Shown: positions 9,107 through 19,347 of the stretch, in pieces | How positions within the stretch are numbered: the first letter of the stretch is position 1 | How the letters are laid out: every line of letters begins with the position of its first letter | Assembly (NCBI GenBank): GCA_944393715.1 | Contig: CALYBB010000036.1 | Location: 13,270 to 77,269 of the forward strand | Origin: an uncultured Alphaproteobacteria bacterium | Lineage (GTDB): Bacteria > Pseudomonadota > Alphaproteobacteria > RF32 > CAG-239 | Direction: 5' to 3' | DNA: 64,000 nucleotides | Program-made: the position numbers and the translations under genes | The notes under the pieces: model-generated | What the model was told of the DNA's origin: nothing | Database searches by the model: none | The model's input: the letters and a program-made list of their open reading frames with translations, nothing else

Positions 9107-9646
9107 ATGGTAAAACGCAAAAACCGCCATAGCAAATATTTCGCGCCGCAAAATGAAAACCAATACCATGTTTGCGATCATCCCGGCTGCAACAAGGCAG
9201 GAGAGTACCGAGCCCCCAAGGATCGCCGATTAAAGGAATATTATTGGTTTTGTCTGGAACATGTTCAACAATACAACGCCAAATGGAATTATTATGACGG
9301 TGTGGCGGCAGATGAAGAAGCGGAAGAAGATCTGCGTCGTCGTTTCAAATTCTCATCGCGCATTCGGTATAATTTTGGCTTTGATTTTGATGCGGGGTAT
9401 AGCATTTTTGACGATTTTCTGCCAAACAGCGGCAATCAGGGCGTTCGCCTGACTCCGGATGAGAGGGAAGGGCTGAAAATTATGGAATTGGAATATGAGG
9501 AGATGAATGTTTCTTCCCTAAAAAAAGCTTATAAAAAAGCCGTAAAAAAATACCATCCGGATATTAATACGGCCGATGCGGCTGCCGAAGAAAAATTCAA
9601 AATATTAAGCACGGCTTATAAATCGTTGCTGGCCAAATTATCATAA
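9107..9646 (+). CDS. J-domain protein with C-terminal J domain and an N-terminal Cys/His motif
   Basis: The C-terminus KKAYKKAVKKYHPDINTADAAAEEKFKILSTAYKSL carries the HPD motif. The N-terminus reads CDHPGCNKAGEY...FCLEH. Confidence 0.75.
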   Translation: MVKRKNRHSKYFAPQNENQYHVCDHPGCNKAGEYRAPKDRRLKEYYWFCLEHVQQYNAKWNYYDGVAADEEAEEDLRRRFKFSSRIRYNFGFDFDAGYSIFDDFLPNSGNQGVRLTPDEREGLKIMELEYEEMNVSSLKKAYKKAVKKYHPDINTADAAAEEKFKILSTAYKSLLAKLS

Positions 9647-9649
9647 GAC

Positions 9650-10492
9650 CTAACTGCGAACTTTAGTTTCCTTCAGAGCGGTTTTAATTTGCTGTTTTTC
9701 TTTTTCGCGCTTTTTCTTTTTCTCCGGAGTTTTAGCGTCTTTGCGTCCGGATTTTTCCAAAATTATTTCTGCCGTTTTTTGCACATCGCGCTTTTTTCCT
9801 ATTTCAATAAGGTCGGCAGCTTTCATATCATCCAAAAAAACATTTTGCGTTTGTTTGGTAACGGCCGCCGTTTTATGTACTTTTTTCAGCCCCTTTACCA
9901 TATTTGCCGTATCGTTGGTACTCAGGCGCTGAGGATCTATTTTTATTTTTGTTTTATCGGCAACATTTTGTTTGATGGCGTTGTCAAAAGTTTCCGCACC
10001 CTGAGCAATATCCTGAATACCGTCATTAATAATTCTTCGGTTTAGGCCTTTAAGACCGATTTGTTTAGACATTTTATCAGCCTTCGCCAAAGCCTCCATT
10101 TTTCCGGCAGTTTGCTGCATTTTCTGGTTTTCAATAATTTGCCTTGCCTGCAATTCGGCTTTTTCATCGTCTTTCAAAGCTCCGAGCAACGAAACATTCT
10201 CATTTTCCATGGCAAAATGAAAAATGATTTCGCCTTCTTCTTCATCTTCATCTTCATCCTCATCATAAACGTCTTTAATTTTTGAGCGCAACTTTCTCAA
10301 TCCGGACGGCAAATTCTTAATCTGCCTAGAAGTCGATGTAAAATTTTTGCGATCTTTTGCCTCGGCTTCAAGGGCTTTTCTTACATCTATTCTGCGCGAT
10401 ATTCTGGTATTGCTGTCCGGAGCTTTTTTTTGTTCCCACTCAATATTGGCAGAATTATTTTCATCATCAATCATTGATTTTTTCTCACCCAT
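9650..10492 (-). CDS. Hypothetical K/E/D-rich, probably disordered protein
   Basis: 280-aa ORF with acidic runs (DEDEDEDEEEGE) and a lysine-rich C-terminus (PEKKKKREKEKQQIK). I recognised no domain. Confidence 0.5.
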   Translation of the reverse strand: MGEKKSMIDDENNSANIEWEQKKAPDSNTRISRRIDVRKALEAEAKDRKNFTSTSRQIKNLPSGLRKLRSKIKDVYDEDEDEDEEEGEIIFHFAMENENVSLLGALKDDEKAELQARQIIENQKMQQTAGKMEALAKADKMSKQIGLKGLNRRIINDGIQDIAQGAETFDNAIKQNVADKTKIKIDPQRLSTNDTANMVKGLKKVHKTAAVTKQTQNVFLDDMKAADLIEIGKKRDVQKTAEIILEKSGRKDAKTPEKKKKREKEKQQIKTALKETKVRS

Positions 10493-10531
10493 TCCTCAAC
10501 TTATGTTTTCACAAATCAGCCCAGCTGTCAA

Positions 10532-12235
10532 TTAAGATAATTTTTCCGTCGGTTGATAGACAATCATCAGCGAACCATCGGATAAGTGAGCCACATTAAG
10601 CCTCAAATTACCGTCCGTTCCGTGTTTTAAGGTCATGGTTTTTGAGGCCATATTCAAGATATTGGCACTGATGCCCATTTTCAATTTCTCCCACTCTTTT
10701 CCTGAGGCAAAAAAACTGCTCTGACTGTCTAGAACCTCATCAAAAGAAGGCTCTCCTGCCAAAAATGTTTTGTCAGCTTTCCATAAGCGGACATAAGCAT
10801 CATTAAAAAAGCTCAACCGACCGTTAGTGCCAAAAATCAAAACAGCGTCAAAAAGTCCGGCCAAAATTTCGTTTTGAATAGACATAAGGGCATTATAAGC
10901 ACTGGTTGCGGCTAATCTGTCGGATATATCTTCATAAGCAAAAACAATGCCTCCCATCGGGTAGGGAGCACGCATTCGCCGCAGCGTTTTGCCGTCAGGC
11001 AAGTGTAAAAGATCGCTTGTCGGACCAATAATTTGCGAAAAAGCTTTAATTTCGCTCTGGCGAAAAGCCTTATAGTCGGGTGTTTCTGGCAACAGCCTTT
11101 TTTCCCGCACGCTATCCAGAAAAGAGGCATAGGTTGGTTTGTTTTCCAGCTGAGAAACATCCAGTTGCCACAAATTAACAAAAGGCTGGTTATAAAAGTT
11201 TAGCACCATATTTTGATCAAAAACGGCAAACGCCGTGCCGAGGGCTCCAAGAATCTCAAGCTGCGCTGCCTGATAACGTTTAAGGTTGCGCCGCAGCTGA
11301 TCCAATTCATTTATGTCAATTAGACAGCCAGCGGAATAGGTGCTTTCAAGGTTTTGTTCTGCATAAAAAGGAGTCTCGAACGCTTCCATAACAATCCGTT
11401 CGCCTTTAACAACAGCGCCGACGGATGCTTTTGTTTGTCGATTGGTGCTATGAGCTCGCGTTGCCAGATTCCTGGAAATGCTTTCGCCGTTTGTCCCGAT
11501 AATTTCCATGTGTTCGGTCATGATTTCATCTTTATTTTTATCAGGGATAAATTCGGCAAATTTTTTATTACAATAAACAATATCAAGATGAAAGTCTCTA
11601 AGCCACACGGCAAAAGGAAGATTATCAAGCAGATCCTGCAAAAGCAGCAGCTTTTTATCGCTTGAATCTTTGGTCTCTTCCAGCAATTTAATGCGATTAA
11701 TGGCAAAACTGATATCTCTAAACCAAATCATATCACAGTACACGCTTCCGTCAGCGCCGTTTATTCTCGCTCCTTCGAGGCGGATATGACGGTTTGCTTT
11801 TTTTAACAAAAAACAATCTTCAAAAGAAACGCCCTCTTCCTTGAGCAACCCGACATATTTGCTGATTCTTTTTACATCATCCTTGTAAAAGTTTTTCAAA
11901 ATATCATTAAAATCAGATTTAACGCCTTTTTCGAGCCCAAGCAGTACGGCAAGCCTGCGAGAACACCGTTCAGTAACGTTTTTGCGCGGATCATTGATTT
12001 TTTCGTCCGGATAAATAAAAGCAAAATAACCGTCGTGAGACGCATAAAGAGTTTCGGCATATCTCTCACGGTCGCGGCGCAAAAAATAATTTTTCTGTTT
12101 TAACCTCAGCAAAGCAAACATAAGAATAACGATGCAAACAAAAAGTAAAACAAAAACACTCCCGATTCCATACCATAATTCGGGCGCGGCGTCATACATA
12201 TTGCGAAAAAGTTCTGGATCCATTTTTGCCATCAA
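10532..12235 (-). CDS. Membrane-anchored multi-PAS sensor-like protein without a visible histidine-kinase core
   Basis: N-terminal TM segment (WYGIGSVFVLLFVCIVILMFALL), then repeated PAS-like blocks (..FNxxFxxLW..; PDGKTLRRMRAPYPMGGIVFAYEDISDR). I see no H-box or HATPase motifs before the stop. Confidence 0.6.
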   Translation of the reverse strand: MMAKMDPELFRNMYDAAPELWYGIGSVFVLLFVCIVILMFALLRLKQKNYFLRRDRERYAETLYASHDGYFAFIYPDEKINDPRKNVTERCSRRLAVLLGLEKGVKSDFNDILKNFYKDDVKRISKYVGLLKEEGVSFEDCFLLKKANRHIRLEGARINGADGSVYCDMIWFRDISFAINRIKLLEETKDSSDKKLLLLQDLLDNLPFAVWLRDFHLDIVYCNKKFAEFIPDKNKDEIMTEHMEIIGTNGESISRNLATRAHSTNRQTKASVGAVVKGERIVMEAFETPFYAEQNLESTYSAGCLIDINELDQLRRNLKRYQAAQLEILGALGTAFAVFDQNMVLNFYNQPFVNLWQLDVSQLENKPTYASFLDSVREKRLLPETPDYKAFRQSEIKAFSQIIGPTSDLLHLPDGKTLRRMRAPYPMGGIVFAYEDISDRLAATSAYNALMSIQNEILAGLFDAVLIFGTNGRLSFFNDAYVRLWKADKTFLAGEPSFDEVLDSQSSFFASGKEWEKLKMGISANILNMASKTMTLKHGTDGNLRLNVAHLSDGSLMIVYQPTEKLS

Positions 12236-12308
12236 AAAATAATTGTTTCTTAAAAGATTTTAGTATATAAAAAGCATTATTCAAACAAATTTTAAGACAA
12301 GTGGAAAA

Positions 12309-12974
12309 ATGTATAGTTTGGCTTTTGATACGAGCGGTGCCGGCTGTGGCATAATCTTGCGCCATGATGATATTGTTTTATCAAAATTTGAGCAAATGGC
12401 GGAGTTTGGGCAGGCCGAAATTCTGTTGCCGCAAATAAAAAAAATGCTGGCCGGCTCGGCAGTGGCTTTTAAGGAATTAGATAATCTGTTTGTCTGTGTT
12501 GGGCCGGGATCCTTTACCGGAGTTCGTTCGGGGATAGCCGCCGCACGGGCTTTTGGTTTTGCTCTGCCCAGACTTAGAATTGGCGGTGTTTCGGCTTTTG
12601 ATGCATATAAGCAAACGTTTGAGGAAGATGAAATTGCCGAAAAAAACGCCGTTATTATAGAAACCCGCCGCGATGACTTTTATGTCCAAATCTTTGACCG
12701 GCATCTGGAAAAATTGGAAGAACCTCAGGCTCTTATCCGTGAGGATATTATCGTCCGGCTGAAAGGGGGATTGGTCTCATTGGTTGGTGACGGTGTAGAA
12801 CGTTTTTTAAGTACGCCGAGCGGTCTATGTCTGCATGCCATAAAAATGTACGATTTCTTGCCTCCAGAAGCCCTGCTTAAAGCAGGTCTTAAAGAGCTAA
12901 ACGACGGCAAGCTCGATTTTCCAAAACCGTTGTATCTTCGCGCGCCGGATGTCTCCTTGCCAAAAAAAGTTTAA
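12309..12974 (+). CDS. tsaB: tRNA threonylcarbamoyladenosine biosynthesis protein TsaB
   Basis: LAFDTSGAGCGIIL and VCVGPGSFTGVRSGIAAARAF motifs of the TsaB/YeaZ family. Confidence 0.85.
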   Translation: MYSLAFDTSGAGCGIILRHDDIVLSKFEQMAEFGQAEILLPQIKKMLAGSAVAFKELDNLFVCVGPGSFTGVRSGIAAARAFGFALPRLRIGGVSAFDAYKQTFEEDEIAEKNAVIIETRRDDFYVQIFDRHLEKLEEPQALIREDIIVRLKGGLVSLVGDGVERFLSTPSGLCLHAIKMYDFLPPEALLKAGLKELNDGKLDFPKPLYLRAPDVSLPKKV

Positions 12975-12977
12975 GCC

Positions 12978-13535
12978 TTAACGATATTCTCTTTCGCGAA
13001 CATGCTCCATCATCCTTTGGCGCGTTTTGCTTAATTCATATTCTTTTTGGTTGCGTTCACGTTTTTCTCGTTCACGCGGCGTTTCGCGATAGTTCGCTTT
13101 GGCTTCGCGCAGAGCCATCAACCGCTTAATCAGGTCTTTTTGCGACACACCGTTGGTGCTGGCTTTTAAGAATGCTGTAATTTTTTCGGGTGTCAACAAT
13201 GCTTCAATATCGGCATTTTTAAGCAAAGCTTCGCTGGCAACGATTTTGTTGAGCTCAACCTCCAAATCTTCGGTCCAATCTGTGTCATCGTCATCATCAA
13301 AAGCCTCTTTCAAAATTTGCAGCAAAAAGCCTTTAAACAATTTGTTAACCAATTTTATAAAATTTTTATGAGTAACAGTTTCATTGCCGGAAGCATTCAT
13401 CAAAGCAAACAGCAGCAGGTTTTTAACATATTTTTTTTGTCTGCGGTTAAGTTTAAGATTGCCGGAAATGCCTTTGTGGGCAGCCTTTAATACGGCATCA
13501 CGTTCTTTTTTAAATTTTTCAGTCATCAGCAACAC
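12978..13535 (-). CDS. Hypothetical charged protein
   Basis: 185-aa ORF with an acidic run (DDDDDTDW) and an R/E/K-rich C-terminus. It overlaps the 3' end of rppH by a few nt. Confidence 0.45.
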   Translation of the reverse strand: MLLMTEKFKKERDAVLKAAHKGISGNLKLNRRQKKYVKNLLLFALMNASGNETVTHKNFIKLVNKLFKGFLLQILKEAFDDDDDTDWTEDLEVELNKIVASEALLKNADIEALLTPEKITAFLKASTNGVSQKDLIKRLMALREAKANYRETPREREKRERNQKEYELSKTRQRMMEHVREREYR

Positions 13536-14001
13536 TTTCTTTTATACAAGCCGCAAATTTTTTAGCAACCTTTTGATAAACGTCTTTTTTGAAATTTACG
13601 ATTCTTTTTGGCGCTTCCGATATATCTACCCATTCAAAAGCCCTAAATTCAACTTCTTCTGGGCGAACGAAAAAATTAATTTCTTCATCGGAACCGAAAA
13701 ATTCAAACAACACCCAGCTTTGCTCCTGTCCCCTATATAAGGCATCATATTTTCTTAAAGCATTGTCTGGAAAATCATAACGCAATTTTTCCGGCAATAT
13801 CTGCCTCAGTCTAACCGAGGTAATTCCGGTTTCTTCATAAAGTTCGCGCCGTGCCGCACAAACAACATCTTCGTCTTTTTCTATGCCGCCCTGAGGAAAT
13901 TGCCATTGCAGATTCTTCTGATCCGCACGGGCGCACATCAACACTTTTCCTTTGCGGTTTGCTACGACGATACCGACATTTTGACGATACGGACTACTCA
14001 T
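13519..14001 (-). CDS. rppH: RNA pyrophosphohydrolase (Nudix)
   Basis: YRQNVGIVV start and a Nudix box GGIEKDEDVVCAARRELYEETG. About 160 aa. Confidence 0.9.
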   Translation of the reverse strand: MSSPYRQNVGIVVANRKGKVLMCARADQKNLQWQFPQGGIEKDEDVVCAARRELYEETGITSVRLRQILPEKLRYDFPDNALRKYDALYRGQEQSWVLFEFFGSDEEINFFVRPEEVEFRAFEWVDISEAPKRIVNFKKDVYQKVAKKFAACIKESVADD

Positions 14002-15176
14002 TATTCCACCACCAGATTAGACAGAGGAACAAGAGCAAATGGTTTGGATATTTCTATGGTTTTAGCTTCTTCATAAGAAATTTGTGGCGAAAAAGTATTG
14101 ACCCAGTCATAAACAGAAACAATAGCCAAAGGCTTAGGGTCAACGATTACTAAAACCTGTCCTTTATCAAAAGCAATATTTTCCGCCTTTTGCAGAGCCC
14201 TTTCAATGTCTTCCTTAAGCATATCTTTGTGTATGATAATATCGGCTTTTCGTCGAGCCAAACCATCAACGCCGATATTGGCAAGAGCATTATCTCTTGT
14301 CGCGTCAATAACCAACAACCCGCGGTTTTTAGCTTCGCTCAGCAGTTTATTAAGAATAAAGGCGTTATTATCATTGGCAACACCGTCGCGAACAACAATT
14401 CCCCCTATGGGAGCAGGTTTGTCCAAAGTTTTATGGAAACGTTCAATGGCACTGCCCATTGAGAGATTAAGATTAATCGACAACGGTCCGCTGTCCTCTT
14501 TTAAGAAATCTCTGGATGCCAACAAAAGATCGACATAAGTTTCATGTCCAGCGGTTCGAGCCATAGTAATTGCTCCGGCAGCATCCGTTGCATAAGGAGA
14601 AAGACTCATCGATACCTCGGAAGCAAATACCTCGGATATTTTCTTTACGGCATTATTATCCAATCCCAAACCGGCAATTACGACGGAAACCTTTTTAAAA
14701 TTAGGCTGAATACTGACAGTCAACCCGTACTCACTCCAAGGCTTACGACCGTCTTCTGCCATTTTTGGGAGTTTCTGCCCTTGGTCAGTCGTTTCGGTCA
14801 GGCTTTCTTCTTGTTGAATATAATCAAGCTGTTGCGTTGCTGGTTTTGACGGCAGGGTTGAAATATTCGGCAATCTTTTCAACAAAACCTCCAGCGAAAA
14901 CTCCATTTCTTCTTTTTGTGCGTCATCCAAAGGCTTCTCCTGCATTTCATCAACAAAGACATCTTTTTCTTTGTTCGAAGCGACCAACTTGTTCGGAAGA
15001 GTTAAAACAAATTTTGGTGCCTTATTATCTTTGTCAAACATCAGACGGTCTATTTTTGACAAATACTGCGGCTCGCTTTTTTCTTCGGCAAACCAATAAC
15101 CGATTCCCAAAACGAAAGCGACAATCACCAAAGCAGCTGTAATCAGCTTGTCGTATTTTTCCAATTTGTCACGCAC
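14001..15176 (-). CDS. Divergent polysaccharide deacetylase (YibQ/DUF610-like) family protein
   Basis: N-terminal TM segment. The C-terminal block VSVVIAGLGLD...LSPYATDA...ARTAGHETYVDLL resembles the YibQ family. It sits in the conserved position between ctpA and rppH. Confidence 0.7.
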   Translation of the reverse strand: MRDKLEKYDKLITAALVIVAFVLGIGYWFAEEKSEPQYLSKIDRLMFDKDNKAPKFVLTLPNKLVASNKEKDVFVDEMQEKPLDDAQKEEMEFSLEVLLKRLPNISTLPSKPATQQLDYIQQEESLTETTDQGQKLPKMAEDGRKPWSEYGLTVSIQPNFKKVSVVIAGLGLDNNAVKKISEVFASEVSMSLSPYATDAAGAITMARTAGHETYVDLLLASRDFLKEDSGPLSINLNLSMGSAIERFHKTLDKPAPIGGIVVRDGVANDNNAFILNKLLSEAKNRGLLVIDATRDNALANIGVDGLARRKADIIIHKDMLKEDIERALQKAENIAFDKGQVLVIVDPKPLAIVSVYDWVNTFSPQISYEEAKTIEISKPFALVPLSNLVVE

Positions 15177-15190
15177 AAGACGCTTCCTTT

Positions 15191-16477
15191 CTATTTTGCC
15201 GGCGTATAAACGCTCAGCGCCTTAACTAAATCAACAGCGCGAGATAGCTGATAATCTTGCCTCCAGTCGGTGTTTTCATCATTGCTGTCTTTTTTCTTTG
15301 CCTCATCCTTGACGGTTTCATTTTCAAGCGCATTGGTATATTCGGCTTCGCTGAAACCATATTCATTGGTAAACTCTTCCACCTTTGCCGGATGAACGAC
15401 AATATCTGGCTCAATGCCGGTAGCCTGAATAGACCGTCCGGATGGTGTATAGTATTTAGCGGTGGTCAATCGCATGGCACCATAATTTCCCAAAGGAACA
15501 ACGGTTTGCACACTTCCTTTGCCAAAAGATTTTTCACCGATAATAACGGCGCGTTTATGATCCTGCAGTGCGCCGGCAACAATTTCCGAAGCTGAGGCTG
15601 AGCCGTTGTTAATGATAACGACAATGGGAAGTCCTTTGGTAATATCTTCCCCTTTTGCCGAATAACGCAACGTGTCTTCTTCATTGCGAGCTCGAGTCGA
15701 AACGACTTCTCCCTGATTCAAGAAGAGGCTCGAAACCGCAACAGCCTGATCCAAAAGCCCTCCTGGATTGTTGCGCACATCCAAAACAATTCCCTTAAAG
15801 GGAGCCTTACGCTTTTTCGTAGCTTTTTCAAAAGCTTTTTTAATATCGGTATCCACTTCCTCTGAAAAAGAACCGATTCTGATGTAAAAAACATCATCAT
15901 CTTTAATATCCGTTTTAACCGACTGCGTCTTAATTTCTTCACGTTTTAAAGTAACATCAAAAGGTTTTTCATTGATTCGACGGATTGTCAATTTCACTTT
16001 AGTTCCCTGCTTGCCGCGCATTTTGTCAACAGCTTCGTTCAAGGTCATGCCGATAATGGTCTCGCCATCAATATGTGTGATATAATCTCCGGGTTTTAAG
16101 CCTGCCCTAAACGCCGGCGTATCGTCAATCGGCGAGATAATTTTAACCACGCCTTGTTCCATGGTTATCTCAATGCCGAGTCCGCCGAATTTGCCACTGG
16201 TTTGTTCGTTCATGTACTTAAAATCTTTTTCGTCCAGATAACTAGAGTGCGGATCAAGAGACGTCAACATGCCGTTTATGGCGGCCTCAATTAATTGTTT
16301 GTCGCTAACGTCTTCCACGTACGTTGCCTTGGCTCTTTCCATAACTTCACCAAACAAATTAAGCAGTTCGTAAGAGTTAATTTCCGCATCCTCCGCCACG
16401 GCATTTTCTTTAGCGAAAGAAGCCTGTGCAGCAAAAAGTAATATGGTCAGACTCGCAATAAAGATTTTTTTCAACAT
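15191..16477 (-). CDS. ctpA: Carboxy-terminal processing peptidase (S41)
   Basis: Signal peptide, PDZ region (GLKPGDYITHIDG), GIVLDVRNNPGG, and the S41 catalytic block NNGSASASEI ... GEKSFGKGSVQ. Confidence 0.9.
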   Translation of the reverse strand: MLKKIFIASLTILLFAAQASFAKENAVAEDAEINSYELLNLFGEVMERAKATYVEDVSDKQLIEAAINGMLTSLDPHSSYLDEKDFKYMNEQTSGKFGGLGIEITMEQGVVKIISPIDDTPAFRAGLKPGDYITHIDGETIIGMTLNEAVDKMRGKQGTKVKLTIRRINEKPFDVTLKREEIKTQSVKTDIKDDDVFYIRIGSFSEEVDTDIKKAFEKATKKRKAPFKGIVLDVRNNPGGLLDQAVAVSSLFLNQGEVVSTRARNEEDTLRYSAKGEDITKGLPIVVIINNGSASASEIVAGALQDHKRAVIIGEKSFGKGSVQTVVPLGNYGAMRLTTAKYYTPSGRSIQATGIEPDIVVHPAKVEEFTNEYGFSEAEYTNALENETVKDEAKKKDSNDENTDWRQDYQLSRAVDLVKALSVYTPAK

Positions 16478-16496
16478 ATTTTTTCCCGTTCTTTGT

Positions 16497-17723
16497 CTAA
16501 ATTTTAAACCATGCGGCCGGATTAATCGGCTGGTTGTTTTTACGAATTTCTACATATAATTCGGCAGTTTTGTCATTTGGCATCAAGCCTACGGGTTCTC
16601 CGGCCAAAAGCATCTGTCCCAACTCAACGCTGATACTGCCCAGTCCGGACATAACTGACAAATATCCGTCCCCGTGTTCCACAATAATCATATTGCCGTA
16701 TCCTCTAAAAGAACCGGCAAAAACAACGGCACCGTCAAACGGCGAAATAACCTGAGCGTTTTCTCTGGTCGCAATGGTCAAACCTTTTGAAGAAACACCC
16801 TTAACTTTCTGTTCGCCGTAGCGGGTAACGATTTTTCCTCTGGCCGGCAACGGCAAGGAGCCCTTCGCCTTTGCAAAACCGGAAGCTATATTCGTTATAG
16901 ACGGTTGTGCAGATTTAATCAAGTCATCAGATTGTTTTTCCTCTAGTTTTCTGCGCTCCTCCTCGCGCCGCCGAGCCGCTTCGCGAGCTTCTTGTTCCTT
17001 GCGTTGCTTCTCTATCTGTCCGAGAAGATCGCGCAGATCCTGAGCCTGCGATGCTAATTTATCCATATTTTTCTTGGCTTCTTTGCTCTTAATTTCGACA
17101 CTGTTGCGCAGATCCGATTTGCGTTGTACCAGTTGTTTCATACGTGCATGTTCGGCTTCAAGCAATTTTTTTTGTTTGGAAATTTCGGCGATTTGTTTTT
17201 CGATTCTCGATTTTTTATCAGCAATATTTTGCAATTTTTGGCGTATGCGCTCGGCGTTTTCCTCCAAATAAGGAACTGTCTCTCGCAAGATCATAGCGCT
17301 GCGGATAATATCAACCGGACTCAACGGCTGAACCAAAAGAGATTCCGTAGGTTTTAGAGCCAAACCTTGCAGGGCGGCCAAAATTTTAATCAGATGCTCA
17401 TCTTCTTTGGTAAATCCGTCTTGGGCTTTTTTCAAATCATCTTCCAAAAGCTTAAGTTGCCGCTCCATTCGTGAAAGACGATCTTCATTATTTTGAATTT
17501 GTCTTGCAGCTTTAACCATTTCGCGGCTGACAGAAGACATCTCCAGGCTGATTTGCATGGCTTGCGCTTGCAATTTTTTGTGTTCCATACTTTGCTGAAA
17601 AACTTTTTCCTCGACTTTTTTGAGCTCGTCTTTCGAGACCTTGACGGCCTCGGCGGTATTAAGAAAAAAAACTAAGAATACCGCCGTCAGAACACTGTAT
17701 TTAAAAACCGCCGCCAAGTTCAT
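16497..17723 (-). CDS. Murein hydrolase activator EnvC-like / M23 (LytM) peptidase family protein
   Basis: Signal peptide, a long coiled coil, and a C-terminal LytM block (GYGNMIIVEHGDGYLSVMSGL). Confidence 0.85.
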   Translation of the reverse strand: MNLAAVFKYSVLTAVFLVFFLNTAEAVKVSKDELKKVEEKVFQQSMEHKKLQAQAMQISLEMSSVSREMVKAARQIQNNEDRLSRMERQLKLLEDDLKKAQDGFTKEDEHLIKILAALQGLALKPTESLLVQPLSPVDIIRSAMILRETVPYLEENAERIRQKLQNIADKKSRIEKQIAEISKQKKLLEAEHARMKQLVQRKSDLRNSVEIKSKEAKKNMDKLASQAQDLRDLLGQIEKQRKEQEAREAARRREEERRKLEEKQSDDLIKSAQPSITNIASGFAKAKGSLPLPARGKIVTRYGEQKVKGVSSKGLTIATRENAQVISPFDGAVVFAGSFRGYGNMIIVEHGDGYLSVMSGLGSISVELGQMLLAGEPVGLMPNDKTAELYVEIRKNNQPINPAAWFKI

Positions 17724-17726
17724 AAA

Positions 17727-19259
17727 CTATCTCTTCAACAAAGATGTCCCCGTCATTTCTTTGGGTTGTTCAATTCCCAGAAGATCAAGCATTGTCGGTG
17801 CGATATCCGCCAATTTTCCGTCTTTCAAACCGATAACGCCGCTTTTGTCGTTGACCAAAACAGCCTGTACTTTGCCGACGGTGTGTGCGGTATAAGGCTG
17901 GCCGGTCTTTTCGTCAACCATTTTTTCGACATTACCGTGATCCGCGGTAACAATCAAAACGCCGCCGACGTCTTTAATTGCTTTTTCAACTTTACCCAGA
18001 CACTCGTCAACCGCAGCAACAGCTTTAAGTGCTGCCTCCATGATGCCGGTATGGCCAACCATGTCGCCGTTGGCAAAATTGCAGATAATAACGTCAAAAC
18101 GCTTGTCCTCAATAGCTTTAACCAGCTGTTCGGTAACTTCATAAACACTCATTTCCGGTTTCAAATCATAAGTAGCAACTTTCGGGCTGGCGATTAAAAT
18201 GCGCTCTTCGCCTTTGAACTCGCGTTCCTCGCCGCCGTTAAAAAAGAACGTCACGTGGGCGTACTTTTCGGTTTCGGCAATTCTGAGCTGAGTCAATCCG
18301 TGCTTGGCAACCACTTCTCCCAAAATATTCGTTAGCTGCTCCGGCGGAAAGATTGTTTGCATAAAACGATTATGATCAACCGAATATTCGGTCATGCCGA
18401 CATGATTGGAAAAATTCACCGTTGCTTTGCGGGCAAATCCGTTAAATTCGGCATCAGCCAGAGCATAAAGGATCTCACGGGCACGATCGGCACGGAAGTT
18501 TGCCATCAAGATGGCATCACCGTCTTTCATACCCTGATAATCGCCGATAACCGCCGGCACCACGAACTCGTCGGTAACTTTATCGGCATAAGAGGCTTTG
18601 ATGGCCTCATCAGCCGTGGTGTAATGTTTGCCGTCAGCCAAAAGCATGTTGTTATAGGCTTTTTCGATTCTGTCCCAGCGCTTATCACGATCCATCGCAT
18701 AAAAGCGCCCCTCAATTGTTGCAATTTTAACATTATTTAGGAGGGCAATATCTTTTTCAAACTGAGCCAGATACTGAACGGCTGAAGACGGCGGCGTGTC
18801 GCGTCCGTCCAAAAAAGCATGAACGCGCACCGGAACACCGTGACCGCTGATGATTTTTGCCAGAGCCAGAATATGGCTTTGCATGGAGTGAACGCCGCCC
18901 GGCGACATCAACCCCATCAAATGACAAGTCTTGCCGTTAGCTTTCAAAGTTTCAATCATTTTAAGCAAAACCGGATTTTGAGCCAATGAACCATCAGCAA
19001 TGGCTTGGTCAATCTTCGGCAAATCCTGCATCACCACGCGGCCGGCACCAAGATTGGTATGCCCCACCTCCGAGTTTCCCATCTGGCCGTCAGGCAGACC
19101 GACGGCCAACCCTGACGTTTCGACAAAACCGTGCGGACATTCGCCTAAAAGCCGATGCCAGTTTGGAGTGTTTCCGTTTTCAATAGCGTTGTCCGGTGTT
19201 GTTTTTTCACGGTATCCCCAACCGTCCAAAATTAAAAGCATAACGGGTTTTTGTGTCAT
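17727..19259 (-). CDS. gpmI: 2,3-bisphosphoglycerate-independent phosphoglycerate mutase
   Basis: 510 aa. LLILDGWG, GNSEVGHTNLGAGR and TADHGN motifs. Confidence 0.95.
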   Translation of the reverse strand: MTQKPVMLLILDGWGYREKTTPDNAIENGNTPNWHRLLGECPHGFVETSGLAVGLPDGQMGNSEVGHTNLGAGRVVMQDLPKIDQAIADGSLAQNPVLLKMIETLKANGKTCHLMGLMSPGGVHSMQSHILALAKIISGHGVPVRVHAFLDGRDTPPSSAVQYLAQFEKDIALLNNVKIATIEGRFYAMDRDKRWDRIEKAYNNMLLADGKHYTTADEAIKASYADKVTDEFVVPAVIGDYQGMKDGDAILMANFRADRAREILYALADAEFNGFARKATVNFSNHVGMTEYSVDHNRFMQTIFPPEQLTNILGEVVAKHGLTQLRIAETEKYAHVTFFFNGGEEREFKGEERILIASPKVATYDLKPEMSVYEVTEQLVKAIEDKRFDVIICNFANGDMVGHTGIMEAALKAVAAVDECLGKVEKAIKDVGGVLIVTADHGNVEKMVDEKTGQPYTAHTVGKVQAVLVNDKSGVIGLKDGKLADIAPTMLDLLGIEQPKEMTGTSLLKR

Positions 19260-19347
19260 TTTTTTCCTCTTGTTTGTCTGTTATCTCATAAAACTCTTCG
19301 CTATTATATATAATATTTTGCAAACGAAAAGCACTATTTTTTAAGAA

